From Myxococcota bacterium (lineage in GTDB: Bacteria > Myxococcota_A > UBA9160 > UBA6930): a DNA stretch of 64,000 nt. The position numbers were made by a program, and so were the translations under genes. Below the pieces are notes generated by a model. That model saw only the letters and a program-made list of their open reading frames with translations, made no database searches and was not told the origin of the DNA. Positions 35,269-45,614 of the stretch are shown here, piece by piece (the first letter of the stretch is position 1; every line of letters starts with the position of its first letter). Location: contig OZ245002.1 of NCBI GenBank assembly GCA_965223415.1, positions 3,040,001-3,104,000 on the forward strand, in the 5' to 3' direction.

Positions 35269-36243
35269 GTGCCGAGCCCCCATCCGGACCCCGCGGCCCC
35301 GAGCCGCTTCTTCCGCGCCGAGCAGCTCGCGGATCTCGAACGGGACGGCGTGGTCTGTGCGCGGGGTCTCCTCGACACCGACGCCATCGCCGGCCTCCGC
35401 ACCGCCCTCGAGGACGCGATCGCCAAGCTCAGCGTCCTCGGCAAGAACGCCCTCAACCGCGAGAGCAAGGGCTTCCACGGCGACATCTTCGTGTGGAAGC
35501 TCCACGACGCCTTTCGAGACCTGGCGCTCTTCTCTCCCCTGCCCGCGCTCGCGCATCAGGTGCTGGGCACGCCCACCGTGCGTTTCTTCTACGAGCAGTT
35601 CGTCGTCAAGCGGGCCGGCAGCCCGGTGGACACGCCCTGGCACCAGGACATTCCCTTCTGGCCCGTGGTGGGCAGCCAGATCGTCTCGTTCTGGATCACC
35701 CTCGACCCGGTCACCCGTGAGTCGAGCGGGCTCGAGTTCGTGCGTGGCTCACACCGCTGGGAGGAGCGCTTCAAGGCCGTGACGCCGGGCCACGACCCGT
35801 ACATGATGGACACGGACCTGCCGATCGCGCCGAACTACGCGGAGCACCGCGACGACCACGACGTGATTGGCTGGGACATGGATCCGGGCGACGTGCTCGT
35901 GTTCGGCCCGGTCGTCTGCCACGGCTCCGCGGGCAACGCGTCGAACGAGGTCGACCGCCGTGCGCTCGCCTTCCGCTACTGCGGCCCCGACGTCCGGTAC
36001 GCGCCGCGCCACGCGACCATGCCGCTCCTCTGGGACCACGGCCTCGAGGCCGGCGATCCCCTGGGCGGCGGCCTCTTCCCCCAGGTCTGGCCCCGCGTGA
36101 TCGACGAGGAGATCGCCCGGCGCATGGAAGGGCCGGAGCCACCCAGCGGGAGCCAGGTGGGCGCCTTCCTGGAGCACCTCGCCGAGACGGGTTTCGGGCC
36201 CGACGGCGGCAAGCGGACCTTCTTCGAGGGAGCGGGAAGCTGA
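35269..36243 (+). CDS. Phytanoyl-CoA dioxygenase (PhyH)-family Fe(II)/2OG oxygenase
   Basis: TPWHQD, WITLDPV, GSHRW, PGDVLVF...HGSAGN...RRAL. Confidence 0.92.
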   Translation: MPSPHPDPAAPSRFFRAEQLADLERDGVVCARGLLDTDAIAGLRTALEDAIAKLSVLGKNALNRESKGFHGDIFVWKLHDAFRDLALFSPLPALAHQVLGTPTVRFFYEQFVVKRAGSPVDTPWHQDIPFWPVVGSQIVSFWITLDPVTRESSGLEFVRGSHRWEERFKAVTPGHDPYMMDTDLPIAPNYAEHRDDHDVIGWDMDPGDVLVFGPVVCHGSAGNASNEVDRRALAFRYCGPDVRYAPRHATMPLLWDHGLEAGDPLGGGLFPQVWPRVIDEEIARRMEGPEPPSGSQVGAFLEHLAETGFGPDGGKRTFFEGAGS

Positions 36244-36377
36244 GGCGACGCCGCGCGGAGCTCCTGCTCGTCGGACTCGTCGCCTTCGACTGCGGCGCGG
36301 AGCAGCCGGAGGTCGGCGTTCCGCCGGCCGATCCGTCCCTCCCGGCGCCGGAGCCCCTCGCGGGCTGGGCGACCTGG

Positions 36378-37517
36378 GTGATGGGCGCCTACCTGGATTG
36401 GAGCGCCTGGCGCGAGTCGCGCTCCGGCTACATCGCGATGTTCGCCCGGGACGGTCGGGTGGTGCACGCCTCGGCGACGGGCTGGGCGGATCGCGAAGAG
36501 GGCGTGCCGATGCGGATCGACACGCCGGTGCGCATGGCCTCGATGACGAAGCCGGTCACCGCTGTCGCGGCCCACATTCTGATCGAGGAGGGCCGGCTCG
36601 GGCTGGGCGATCCGGTCGCGCGCTGGGTGCCGGCCTTCGCCGGGACGCGCGTGGCCGCGGCCGTCGACCGCGACGGGTCCGGGGAGCTCCCCACCGTGCC
36701 GCCGGACCCGGTGCTCACGGTTCGCCACCTCCTCCAGTTCACCGCCGGAATCGGCGGCGGAGACGACGAGGCGAGTGACCTCGGCAGGCTCTGGTCGGAG
36801 GGGTACGTGTACGCCCGGGAGGGCTCCCTGGCCGAGCGCATCGATCGCCTCGCGGAGCTGCCCCTCTACGAGCATCCGGGAGAGCAGTGGCGCTACGGCG
36901 GGAGCGCCGACGTGCTGGCTCGCGTGGTGGAGGTCGCGGCGGGCGAGCCTTTCGATCGCTTCCTGGCGCGGCGCATCTTCGAGCCCCTCGGTATGGAGGC
37001 GACGCGCTTCCTCGGCGCGGTGGAGGATCCGGGCACGAGCCTCCCGCGGGTCTACACCCAGGACGAAGACGGCGAGCTCGTGCGGGTGGACGACGCGAAG
37101 GTCGACCGGCTCGCGTGGACGCCCGGCGGCAGCGGCCTCGTCTCGACCGCCGCCGACTACATGCGCTTCGCCCTCATGCTCTGGAACGGCGGGAGCTACG
37201 ACGGCGCGCGCATCCTCTCCCCCGCGACGGTCGCGAACCTGCGCCAGCCCCACGTCCGCTCCGGAGTGCTCCGCGAGTTCGACATGGAGGGCATCGGCTG
37301 GGGCCTCGGCCTCGCCGTCATCGTCGACGCCGACGCCACGCCCACCCCCGACCGCAACGGCGACTACTGGTGGGCCGGCTACTACGGCACCACCTTCTTC
37401 ATCAGCCCCGAGACCGGCCTGGTCGGCATCGTCCTCTCCCAGAACGAGCCCAGCGAGCACAGCGGCCTCCCCCTCGAGCTCTACCTCGTCCAGGGCCTCG
37501 CCTTCGCCGGGCTCTAG
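36378..37517 (+). CDS. Serine hydrolase, beta-lactamase family (start may extend to CTG at 36240)
   Basis: ASMTK (SxxK), PGEQWRYG, WWAGYYGT. Confidence 0.9.
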   Translation: MMGAYLDWSAWRESRSGYIAMFARDGRVVHASATGWADREEGVPMRIDTPVRMASMTKPVTAVAAHILIEEGRLGLGDPVARWVPAFAGTRVAAAVDRDGSGELPTVPPDPVLTVRHLLQFTAGIGGGDDEASDLGRLWSEGYVYAREGSLAERIDRLAELPLYEHPGEQWRYGGSADVLARVVEVAAGEPFDRFLARRIFEPLGMEATRFLGAVEDPGTSLPRVYTQDEDGELVRVDDAKVDRLAWTPGGSGLVSTAADYMRFALMLWNGGSYDGARILSPATVANLRQPHVRSGVLREFDMEGIGWGLGLAVIVDADATPTPDRNGDYWWAGYYGTTFFISPETGLVGIVLSQNEPSEHSGLPLELYLVQGLAFAGL

Positions 37518-37524
37518 CTCGAAG

Positions 37525-37609
37525 AGCGCAAGATCGGGGACGTTGCTTGCAACTTGCGTTCTCGCGCCCCAAGAACGCAAGTTGCAAGGAACGTCCCCAC
37601 TCTTGCGCT
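37525..37609. repeat. Long inverted repeat (REPIN-like / terminator)
   Basis: 38-bp arms, 35/38 paired, 9-nt loop, followed by a T-run. Confidence 0.8.
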
Positions 37610-37846
37610 TTTTGGTTCCGGCTGGCTTTCTCGTGGAGAACCGCTACTACTTCTTCATCGGTTTCCCCGCCGCCCGTACCGAAATCGCGCGCGGCTCACC
37701 GATGCGGCGAACAGCAGGACCTCTCACCTCCCGACCGCCTGGTCGAGGTCGCGCCGCCCCAACCCAGTCTTTCCCTTTCCTGTTGTCTGGGTGAGAAGCA
37801 CCAGCCGTGCCGCGGCCCCGGGCTCGCCGCACGGCGGAGAACGCCA

Positions 37847-39142
37847 TTGTCCAGCGCACACGCGCACACCACGGCGGAGGGCGGCTTCGACCGCTTCCGT
37901 CTCGATTCCACACTCAACCGCGGCCTACGGGCTGCGGGCTTTCAGGAGCCCCGACCGATCCAGAAGGAGACGATCCCCGCCTGTCTCGAGGGCCGGGACG
38001 TCATGGGCCTGGCCCAGACCGGCACCGGCAAGACGGCCGCCTTCGCGCTGCCGATCCTCCAGGGGCTGATCGAGGAGCCCGGCGAGGGCCCTCTCGTCCT
38101 CGTGCTGGCGCCGACCCGCGAGCTCGCCGTCCAGATCGACGCCGAATTTCGCCTCCTCGCCAAGCACACCGACATCCGCACGACGACCATTTTCGGCGGG
38201 GTCGCCGCCAGCACCCAGGTCCGCGCACTCCGCCGGAGGCCCGAGATCGTGATCGGCTGTCCCGGTCGCGTCCTCGACCTGCTGCAGCAGCGGCAGCTGA
38301 ACCTGTCCGGCGTCGACACCCTGGTCCTCGACGAGGCGGACCACATGTTCGACATGGGCTTCCTGCCCGACATCCGCAAGATCCTGGCGGCGCTTCCCGA
38401 CGAGCGGCAGAGCCTGCTCTTCTCGGCCACGATGCCGAAGGCGATCCGGGAGCTGGCCGAGCGGGCGCTCGACGATCCCCACGTCGTCGAGCTCGACCAC
38501 TCCGCGCCGGCGGAGCGCATCGAGCATGCCCTCTACCCGGTGGACGAGGGGCGCAAGCGGGAGCTCCTCGAACGCCTGCTCTCGGGGGACGACTGCGGTT
38601 CGGCGATCGTGTTCACCCGCACGAAGCACCGAGCGAAGCGGCTGGCACTCCAGCTCGACAAGGAGGGCCACCGGGCCGTCGGCCTGCAGGGCAACATGTC
38701 GCAGCCCCAGCGGGACAGGGCGATGCGCGGCTTCCGCGAAGGTCGCTTCGACGTCCTGGTCGCGACGGACATCGCGGCCCGGGGCCTCGACGTCGCCGGT
38801 GTCGACTACGTCATCAACTTCGATCCGCCGAGCACGCCGGACATCTACACCCACCGCATCGGCCGGACGGGCCGCTCCGACGCGAGCGGTCGGGCCTGCA
38901 CTTTCGTCACGACGGCGGACCGCGCCTGGATCCGCGATACCGAGCGGGCGCTGGGTGAGCCGATCTCGCGCTGCGAGCTGCCGGGCTTCGAGAGCAAGGG
39001 CGGTACCGCTTCCCCGCGATCATCCGATCGCGGCGGGAGCCGGAGCCGGTCCCGGAGCCGAGCCGGGAGCGGAAGCCGAGGCCGGAACGGAAGCGGCGGC
39101 GGCCGGTCGCAAGGAGCGGGGCGCTCGCGGCGTCGCCGCTGA
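37847..39142 (+). CDS. rhlE: DEAD-box RNA helicase, RhlE-like
   Basis: [37 protein letters not shown]-rich tail; TTG start after GGAGA. Confidence 0.9.
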   Translation: MSSAHAHTTAEGGFDRFRLDSTLNRGLRAAGFQEPRPIQKETIPACLEGRDVMGLAQTGTGKTAAFALPILQGLIEEPGEGPLVLVLAPTRELAVQIDAEFRLLAKHTDIRTTTIFGGVAASTQVRALRRRPEIVIGCPGRVLDLLQQRQLNLSGVDTLVLDEADHMFDMGFLPDIRKILAALPDERQSLLFSATMPKAIRELAERALDDPHVVELDHSAPAERIEHALYPVDEGRKRELLERLLSGDDCGSAIVFTRTKHRAKRLALQLDKEGHRAVGLQGNMSQPQRDRAMRGFREGRFDVLVATDIAARGLDVAGVDYVINFDPPSTPDIYTHRIGRTGRSDASGRACTFVTTADRAWIRDTERALGEPISRCELPGFESKGGTASPRSSDRGGSRSRSRSRAGSGSRGRNGSGGGRSQGAGRSRRRR

Positions 39143-39183
39143 GTTGGTACCTCTTCCGCCGGCGCGATCGTCTCGGAGGGTCC

Positions 39184-41409
39184 ATGAGCCAGTCCCCGCC
39201 CATCATCTACACTTGGACGGACGAGGCGCCGGCCCTGGCGACCCAGGCCTTCCTGCCGATCATCCGGGCCTTCGCCAGCGCGACCGGCGTGCCCGTGGAG
39301 ACGCGGGACATCTCGCTGGCCGGCCGTCTCCTCGCGGCCTTTCGGGACCGCCTGACGCCGGAGCAGCGGGAGCCCGACGGCCTGGCGCTACTGGGCGAGC
39401 TCGTGAAGACGCCGGAAGCCGCGGTCATCAAGCTGCCGAACATCAGCGCCTCCGTCCCGCAGATGAAGGCGGCGATCGCGGAGCTCCAGGCCGCGGGCTA
39501 CCCGCTGCCGGACTACCCGGAGGAGCCGGCGAACGACGAGGAGCGGGCGATCAAGGCCCGCTACGACAAGGTGAAGGGCAGCGCCGTGAACCCGGTGCTG
39601 CGCGAGGGGAACTCGGACCGGCGCGCGCCGAAGGCCGTGAAGGAGTACGCCCGGCAGAACCCCCACCGCATGGGCGCCTGGGCGGAGGGCTCGAAGACCC
39701 ACGTCGCGACGATGGGCGCCGGCGATTTCCGTCACAACGAGAAGTCGGTCACCGTCCCCGCGCCGGCGACGGTCCGCATCGAGCACGTGGCGGGGGACGG
39801 GGCGACGACGATCCTGAAGGAAGGCATCGAGCTGCTTCCCGGCGAGGTGGTCGACGCCACCTTCATGAGCCGGGCTGCCCTGGTGTCATTCCTTCGGGAG
39901 CAGATCCGCGATGCCAAGGCGAAGGGCGTCCTCTTCTCGCTGCACATGAAAGCCACGATGATGAAGGTCTCGGACCCGATCATCTTCGGCCACGCGGTGC
40001 GCGTCTTCTTCGCGGACGTCTTCGAGAAGCACGGCGCCGTGCTCGACGAGCTGGGCGTGGACGTGAACAACGGCTTCGGCGACCTGCTCGAGAAGATCGC
40101 CGAGCTCTCGGACAAGGAGCGCAAGCCGATCGAGGCGGACATCGAGGCGGCCTACGTCGCCGGGCCGGCCCTGGCGATGGTGAACTCCGACAAGGGCATC
40201 ACCAACCTCCACGTGCCGAGCGACGTGATCATCGACGCGTCGATGCCGCCGATGATCCGCGACAGCGGCGGCATGTGGAACCCGGACGGCGAGCTCCAGG
40301 ACTGCAAGGCCGTCATCCCCGACAGCAGCTACTCCAGCGTCTACCAGGCGGTGATCGAGGATTGCCAGCGCCACGGCGCTTATGATCCGGCGACCATGGG
40401 CAGCGTTCCCAACGTCGGGTTGATGGCCCAGAAGGCCGAGGAGTACGGCTCCCACGACAAGACCTTCGAGATGGCCGGCGACGGCAGCGTCCGCGTAGTC
40501 GACGCCGCGGGGAGCGTGCTGATCGAGCATCCCGTGGAGCAGGGCGACATCTGGCGGGCCTGCCAGGTGAAGGACGCCGCGGTTCGCGATTGGGTGAAGC
40601 TGGCCGTTACGCGGGCCCGCGCGACCGGGGCGCCCGCGGTCTTCTGGCTCGATCGCGAGCGTGCCCACGACGCCCAGCTCATCGCGAAGGTGGAGGCCTA
40701 CCTCGGGGAGCACGACACGAGCGGCCTCGATCTTCGCATCCTCTCGCCGGCCCTGGCCACCCGCCTCTCCCTCGAGCGGATCCGCCGTGGCGAGGACACC
40801 ATCTCGGTCACCGGAAACGTCCTGCGCGACTACCTGACCGATCTCTTTCCCATCCTCGAGATCGGCACCAGCGCCAAGATGCTCTCGGTCGTGCCGCTGA
40901 TGAACGGCGGCGGCCTCTTCGAGACGGGCGCCGGCGGCTCGGCGCCGAAGCACGTGCAGCAGTTCGAGCAAGAGGGCCACCTGCGCTGGGACTCCCTCGG
41001 CGAGTTCCTGGCCCTCGCCGCAGCGCTCGAGCACCTGGGCGAGCGCTTCGACAACGCGGCGGCCCGACTGCTCGGCGAGACCCTCGACGAGGCCACGGCC
41101 CAGCTGCTTCTGAACCGAAAGGCGCCGTCGCGCAAGGTGCACGAGCTCGACAACCGCGGCAGCCAGTTCTACCTGGCGCTCTACTGGGCCCGGGCGCTGG
41201 CGGACCAGACCACCGATCCCGGGCTCGCGGAGCGCTTCGCGCCGGTGGCCGAGGCGCTTTCGTCGAACGAGGAGGCCATCGTCCTGGAGCTGAACGCCGC
41301 CCAGGGCGCGCCCCAGGACCTCGGCGGCTACTACCGGCCGGATCCGGCGCGGGCGGAGAGCGCGATGCGTCCGAGCGCCACCCTGAACGGGATCATCGAC
41401 CGGATCTGA
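39184..41409 (+). CDS. icd: Monomeric NADP-dependent isocitrate dehydrogenase
   Basis: [57 protein letters not shown]; 741 aa. Confidence 0.97.
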   Translation: MSQSPPIIYTWTDEAPALATQAFLPIIRAFASATGVPVETRDISLAGRLLAAFRDRLTPEQREPDGLALLGELVKTPEAAVIKLPNISASVPQMKAAIAELQAAGYPLPDYPEEPANDEERAIKARYDKVKGSAVNPVLREGNSDRRAPKAVKEYARQNPHRMGAWAEGSKTHVATMGAGDFRHNEKSVTVPAPATVRIEHVAGDGATTILKEGIELLPGEVVDATFMSRAALVSFLREQIRDAKAKGVLFSLHMKATMMKVSDPIIFGHAVRVFFADVFEKHGAVLDELGVDVNNGFGDLLEKIAELSDKERKPIEADIEAAYVAGPALAMVNSDKGITNLHVPSDVIIDASMPPMIRDSGGMWNPDGELQDCKAVIPDSSYSSVYQAVIEDCQRHGAYDPATMGSVPNVGLMAQKAEEYGSHDKTFEMAGDGSVRVVDAAGSVLIEHPVEQGDIWRACQVKDAAVRDWVKLAVTRARATGAPAVFWLDRERAHDAQLIAKVEAYLGEHDTSGLDLRILSPALATRLSLERIRRGEDTISVTGNVLRDYLTDLFPILEIGTSAKMLSVVPLMNGGGLFETGAGGSAPKHVQQFEQEGHLRWDSLGEFLALAAALEHLGERFDNAAARLLGETLDEATAQLLLNRKAPSRKVHELDNRGSQFYLALYWARALADQTTDPGLAERFAPVAEALSSNEEAIVLELNAAQGAPQDLGGYYRPDPARAESAMRPSATLNGIIDRI

Positions 41410-41418
41410 CGTCTCGCC

Positions 41419-42528
41419 ATGGTGCAGGGGAGCTGCGATCCGCGTTTCGAGGCCGTGGGCGACGCGTTCGCCCAGGGCTTCGCCGAAGGCGACCTCGGGG
41501 CAAGCTGTGCCGTGACCCTGGACGGGGAGCTGGTGGTCGACCTGTGGGGCGGCCACCGGGATCTGGCGCGCCGGCTTCCCTGGGAGCGGGACACGATCGT
41601 CAACGTCTGGTCGACGGCGAAGATGGTGACGGCGCTGTGCGTGCTGATGCTGCACGAGCGCGGCGCCCTCTCGGTCGACGCGCCCATGGCGGAGTACTGG
41701 CCGGCCTTCGCGGCGAACGGCAAGCAAGGCGTCCTCGTGCGCCACGTCCTGGGCCACACCGCCGGGCTCCCGGTCTTCGACGAGCCGCCGGACGATCTCG
41801 AGGTGTTCGACTGGGAGGCCTGCTGCGCGAAGCTGGCCGCCCAGGCGCCTCGATGGACGCCGAGAGAGGGCTCCGGCTACCACTCCGAGACCCAGGGCTG
41901 GCTGCTCGGCGAGCTCGTGCGGCGCGTCGACGGTCGCACCCTCGGCACCTTCTTCCGGGAAGAGATGGCGGACCCGCTCGCCCTCGACCTGCACATAGGC
42001 CTCGACGATCGCCACTTCCCGCGCGTGGCGGATGTGGCGACGCTACACGCGGTTCCGAACGCGCCGCCGGACCCGGAACTCCACGCCCTGGAGCAGCCGG
42101 CGGGGGTCCGGAGTGCGGCGCTGGTGAACACGGCTGCCTGGCGCCGGGCCGAGCTTCCCGCGTCGAACGGTCACGGCAACGCCCGCTCCATCGCACCGGC
42201 CATGGCGCCCCTCGCGAACGGCGGCCGGCTCGGTGATCGCGTGCTGCTCTCCCCCGCCACGATCGGGCGCGCCCTCGAGGTGCAGGCCGACGGCGTCGAC
42301 CGCGTCACAGGCCGGCACTTCAAGCTCGGCATGGGCTACGGCCTCCACTGCCCGCAGACACCCCTGGGCGCCACCGACCGGACGCTCTGGTGGGCGGGAT
42401 GGGGCGGCTCGATGTGCGTGGTCGACACCGAGCGCCGCCTCACTGTCTCCTATGCGATGAACCGCATGCTCGGCGAGGGCGACCTGCGAGCCCCCAGAGT
42501 GATCTTCGCAGCCCACGCCGCGCACTAG
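41419..42528 (+). CDS. Serine hydrolase (beta-lactamase-family esterase)
   Basis: WSTAK (SxxK), GYH, WAGWGGS. Confidence 0.9.
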   Translation: MVQGSCDPRFEAVGDAFAQGFAEGDLGASCAVTLDGELVVDLWGGHRDLARRLPWERDTIVNVWSTAKMVTALCVLMLHERGALSVDAPMAEYWPAFAANGKQGVLVRHVLGHTAGLPVFDEPPDDLEVFDWEACCAKLAAQAPRWTPREGSGYHSETQGWLLGELVRRVDGRTLGTFFREEMADPLALDLHIGLDDRHFPRVADVATLHAVPNAPPDPELHALEQPAGVRSAALVNTAAWRRAELPASNGHGNARSIAPAMAPLANGGRLGDRVLLSPATIGRALEVQADGVDRVTGRHFKLGMGYGLHCPQTPLGATDRTLWWAGWGGSMCVVDTERRLTVSYAMNRMLGEGDLRAPRVIFAAHAAH

Positions 42529-42530
42529 CT

Positions 42531-42599
42531 GTTGCGTTGGGGGCCGGTTCCGTTAGTTGCGTTGACAACGCAACTAACGGAACCGGCCCCCAACGCAAC
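42531..42599. repeat. Perfect 69-bp palindrome (REPIN-like)
   Basis: 34-bp arms GTTGCGTTGGGGGCCGGTTCCGTTAGTTGCGTTG, 1-nt centre, no mismatches. Confidence 0.9.
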
Positions 42600-42602
42600 G
42601 GA

Positions 42603-43358
42603 TTAGTCCTCGGGGCGCAGGGGGCGTGTCGCCAGCTCGGCGCCTCCGGTCACCGGAAGGGTGTGGCCGGTGATGTAGGCCGCGCGGTCGCAGGCGAGGA
42701 AGGCCACCGCCTCGGCGATGTCGGAGGGCCGGCCCATGCGTCCGAGCAGGAAGCGCAGGCCCGCCTGCTCGATCTGCTCGTCGGAGAGCTTGCCGAGGAT
42801 CTGGGTGGCGATCGGTCCCGGGGCGACACCGTTCACCCGGATGCCGTGGGGCGCGAGCTCGACCGCCAGGTCGCGGGTGAAGGCGACGATGCCGCCCTTG
42901 GACGCCGCGTAGGCCACATGGGGCACGGTGAAGCGGAACGCCGCCATCGAGGCGAGGTTCACGATCGCTCCGGACGACGCCTCCTTCAGCCGGGGCAGGG
43001 CGCGCCGGGTGCAGAGGAACATCGAGCGCAGGTTTGTCGTCTGCGTGCGGTCCCACTCCTCGAGCGAGGTCTCCTCGAAGCTCTTGATGATCGTGATGCC
43101 CGCGTTGTTCACCAGCACGTCGATGCCACCGAGCGCCTCGGCGGCGCCGTCGATCATCCGGGCGACGTCGTCCTCGGAGCCGACGTCGCCGGCGAAGGCG
43201 CCGCCGCGGGTCGCCGCGGCGGCCTGTTCGGCGGACGACTCGTCGAGGTCGAGACAGGCCACGGCCGCCCCGTCGGCTGCGAACCGCTCCGCGATCGCGC
43301 GCCCGATGCCCGCCCCCGCGCCGGTGACGACGACACGACGTCCCTCGTAGTCCTTCAT
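42603..43358 (-). CDS. Short-chain dehydrogenase/reductase
   Basis: TGAGAGIG, NNAG, YAASK. Confidence 0.93.
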   Translation of the reverse strand: MKDYEGRRVVVTGAGAGIGRAIAERFAADGAAVACLDLDESSAEQAAAATRGGAFAGDVGSEDDVARMIDGAAEALGGIDVLVNNAGITIIKSFEETSLEEWDRTQTTNLRSMFLCTRRALPRLKEASSGAIVNLASMAAFRFTVPHVAYAASKGGIVAFTRDLAVELAPHGIRVNGVAPGPIATQILGKLSDEQIEQAGLRFLLGRMGRPSDIAEAVAFLACDRAAYITGHTLPVTGGAELATRPLRPED

Positions 43359-43433
43359 CGGCGGAAGCTTGCGGCATTTCGGTCACCTTGCCCAGGCTGG
43401 CCGACCCGCGCCATCTGGTGAATCGTCTCCCTC

Positions 43434-44513
43434 ATGCAGTCCATGAACGAGCTCGCCTTCTACACCCTGGCCGGCGCTCCACGCACGCCCCGGGACCTGA
43501 TCGCGGAGGTGCAGCAGGCGGAGGCGCTTGGCATCGGCGCCGCCTTCATCTCCGAGCGCTTCAACATCAAGGAGGCGGCGACCCTCTCCGGCGCCGTCGG
43601 CGCGGTCTCGAACGAGATCGGCATCGCCACCGCGGCCACCAACCACAACACTCGCCACCCGATGGTCACCGCCGCGTTCGCGATGACGATGCACCGCCTG
43701 ACCGGCGGCCGCTTCTCCCTGGGCCTCGGCCGCGGCATCGGGCCGATGTTCGACGCCTACGGCCTCCCCCACATCAAGACCGCCCAGATCGAGGACTTCG
43801 TCGGGCTGATGCGGCGCATCTGGCGCGGGGAGGTGGTGGTCGGTCACGACGGGCCCGCTGGCAAGTACCCGCTGCTCACGATGGGGCCGGACTACGACGA
43901 GCACATCCCGATGGCGTTCACCGCCTTCGGCCCGAACTCCCTGGCCCTCGGCGGTCGCGCCTTCGATGCGGTCGTGCTGCACACCTTCTTCACCGACGAG
44001 ACGACCGCCCGCTGCGTCGCGGCGGTGAAGCGGGCCGCGGAGGAGGCCGGTCGCGACCCGGCAGCGGTGCGCGTGTGGTCGTGCTTCGCCACGATCGGCG
44101 ACCACCTGCCAGAGGATCTCCGCCTCAAGAAGACCGTCGGCCGCATGGCCACCTACCTCCAGGCCTACGGGGACCTGATGGTGCGCACCAACCGGTGGGA
44201 TCCGGCCGTCCTCCAGCGCTTCCGGGAGGATTCGTTCGTGGCGGGCTTCCGCGGCGCCCTCGACGCCTCCGCTACCACCGAGGAGCTCGAGCACGTGGCC
44301 ACCCTCATCCCCGAAGCCTGGCTCGCGCCCGCCGCCAGCGGGAGCCCGGAGCAGTGCGTGGCGAAGATCCAGGGGCAGCTCGAGCTCGGGTGTGACGGCG
44401 TCATCCTCCACGGTGCCAGCCCCCAGGAGCTCGAGCCCGTCGTCGCGGCCTATCGCAAGGCGCGTCCCAGCGGACGCTACGACCACCTGGCGGCGAACCC
44501 GGCGGGCGCATGA
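43434..44513 (+). CDS. LLM-class, probably F420-dependent, oxidoreductase (TIGR03857-like)
   Basis: ISERFNIKEAATLSGA, ATNHNTRHP, GRFSLGLGRG, ILHGASP. Confidence 0.8.
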   Translation: MQSMNELAFYTLAGAPRTPRDLIAEVQQAEALGIGAAFISERFNIKEAATLSGAVGAVSNEIGIATAATNHNTRHPMVTAAFAMTMHRLTGGRFSLGLGRGIGPMFDAYGLPHIKTAQIEDFVGLMRRIWRGEVVVGHDGPAGKYPLLTMGPDYDEHIPMAFTAFGPNSLALGGRAFDAVVLHTFFTDETTARCVAAVKRAAEEAGRDPAAVRVWSCFATIGDHLPEDLRLKKTVGRMATYLQAYGDLMVRTNRWDPAVLQRFREDSFVAGFRGALDASATTEELEHVATLIPEAWLAPAASGSPEQCVAKIQGQLELGCDGVILHGASPQELEPVVAAYRKARPSGRYDHLAANPAGA

Positions 44514-45574
44514 CGGCGAGCGAGATTCCCGGCCCCGAGGACGTCACGCCCGCCTTCCTCAGCCGCTGCCTCGGCGCGGAGGTGAAGGGTTTCCGGAGCG
44601 AGCGCATCGGCACCGGCCAGATCGGCCAGTGCATCCGCTACGACCTGGAGCTGGCCGACGCGGGTGCCGCGGCGCCGCGCACCGTCGTCGGGAAGTTCCC
44701 TTCCGACGATCCCCAGAGCCGCCAGACCGGCGTCCAGCTGCGCAACTTCCTGAAGGAGGTCTCCTTCTACCAGCAGCTCCAGGGGCGGCTCTCGGTGCAC
44801 ACGCCGCACTGCTACTTCGCCGCCATCGAAGGCGAAGGGCCGAGCTTCGCCCTCCTGCTCGAGGACCTGGCGCCCCGCCGCCAGGGCGACCAGCTCGCCG
44901 GCTGCTCACCGGCGGTCGCCCGCGCCGCCGTCCACGAGCTGGTCGGCCTGCACGCGCCCTCCTGGTGCGACGAGAGCCTCCGCGGGCTCGACTGGCTCGG
45001 CGCTCCGAACGACCTGACGGTGCAGATCGGCCGCGCGCTCTACGCCGGCCAGCTGCCCGCCTTCCTGGATCGCTTCCGGGAGCGCCTCGAGCCGGACGAG
45101 GCGGCGATCATCGAGCGCGCCGCCGATTCCCAGGGCCCGCCCTTCGAGCTCCTCGCCGACGTCTTCAGCCTCGTCCACGTCGACTATCGCCTCGACAACC
45201 TGATGATCGACGAGGCAGCGGAGCCCCCCGAGGTCGCGGTGGTGGACTGGCAGAGCCTCACCCTCGGCAACCCCCTCTCGGACGTCGCCTATTTCCTGGG
45301 CGCGGGCCTGCTGCCGGACGTCCGCCGTGAGGTGGAGCGCGAGATCGTGGAGGGCTACCACCGGGCGCTCCAAGAGGCCGGCGTGGGCGGCTACGACTGG
45401 GACCGCTGCTGGAGCGACTATCGTCGCGGGGTGTTCGCGGGCTTCGCGGTCACCGTGGTGGCGGCACCGATGGTCCAGCGGACCGAGCGGGGGGATGAGA
45501 TGTTCACGGCGATGGCTCGGCGGCATGCACGGCATGCACTGGATCTCGGGAGTGAGGAGTTCCTCGCGGGGTAG
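44510..45574 (+). CDS. APH/ecdysteroid-kinase-like phosphotransferase
   Basis: HVDYRLDNLM, VVDWQ, DVAYFLG; ATGA overlap with the LLM gene. Confidence 0.85.
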   Translation: MTASEIPGPEDVTPAFLSRCLGAEVKGFRSERIGTGQIGQCIRYDLELADAGAAAPRTVVGKFPSDDPQSRQTGVQLRNFLKEVSFYQQLQGRLSVHTPHCYFAAIEGEGPSFALLLEDLAPRRQGDQLAGCSPAVARAAVHELVGLHAPSWCDESLRGLDWLGAPNDLTVQIGRALYAGQLPAFLDRFRERLEPDEAAIIERAADSQGPPFELLADVFSLVHVDYRLDNLMIDEAAEPPEVAVVDWQSLTLGNPLSDVAYFLGAGLLPDVRREVEREIVEGYHRALQEAGVGGYDWDRCWSDYRRGVFAGFAVTVVAAPMVQRTERGDEMFTAMARRHARHALDLGSEEFLAG

Positions 45575-45614
45575 GTCACCGGCGCCTTCGCGGGACACGA
45601 CGGATGGTATCGGG

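Noticed and set aside
39020..39140. GAGCCG-like short repeats
   Set aside because: They encode the ordinary RS/G-rich tail of the DEAD-box helicase
37525..42599. Palindromes as CRISPR repeats or integron attC sites
   Set aside because: No repeat-spacer periodicity, cas or integrase genes; the 42531 palindrome is perfect and lacks the extrahelical bases of attC
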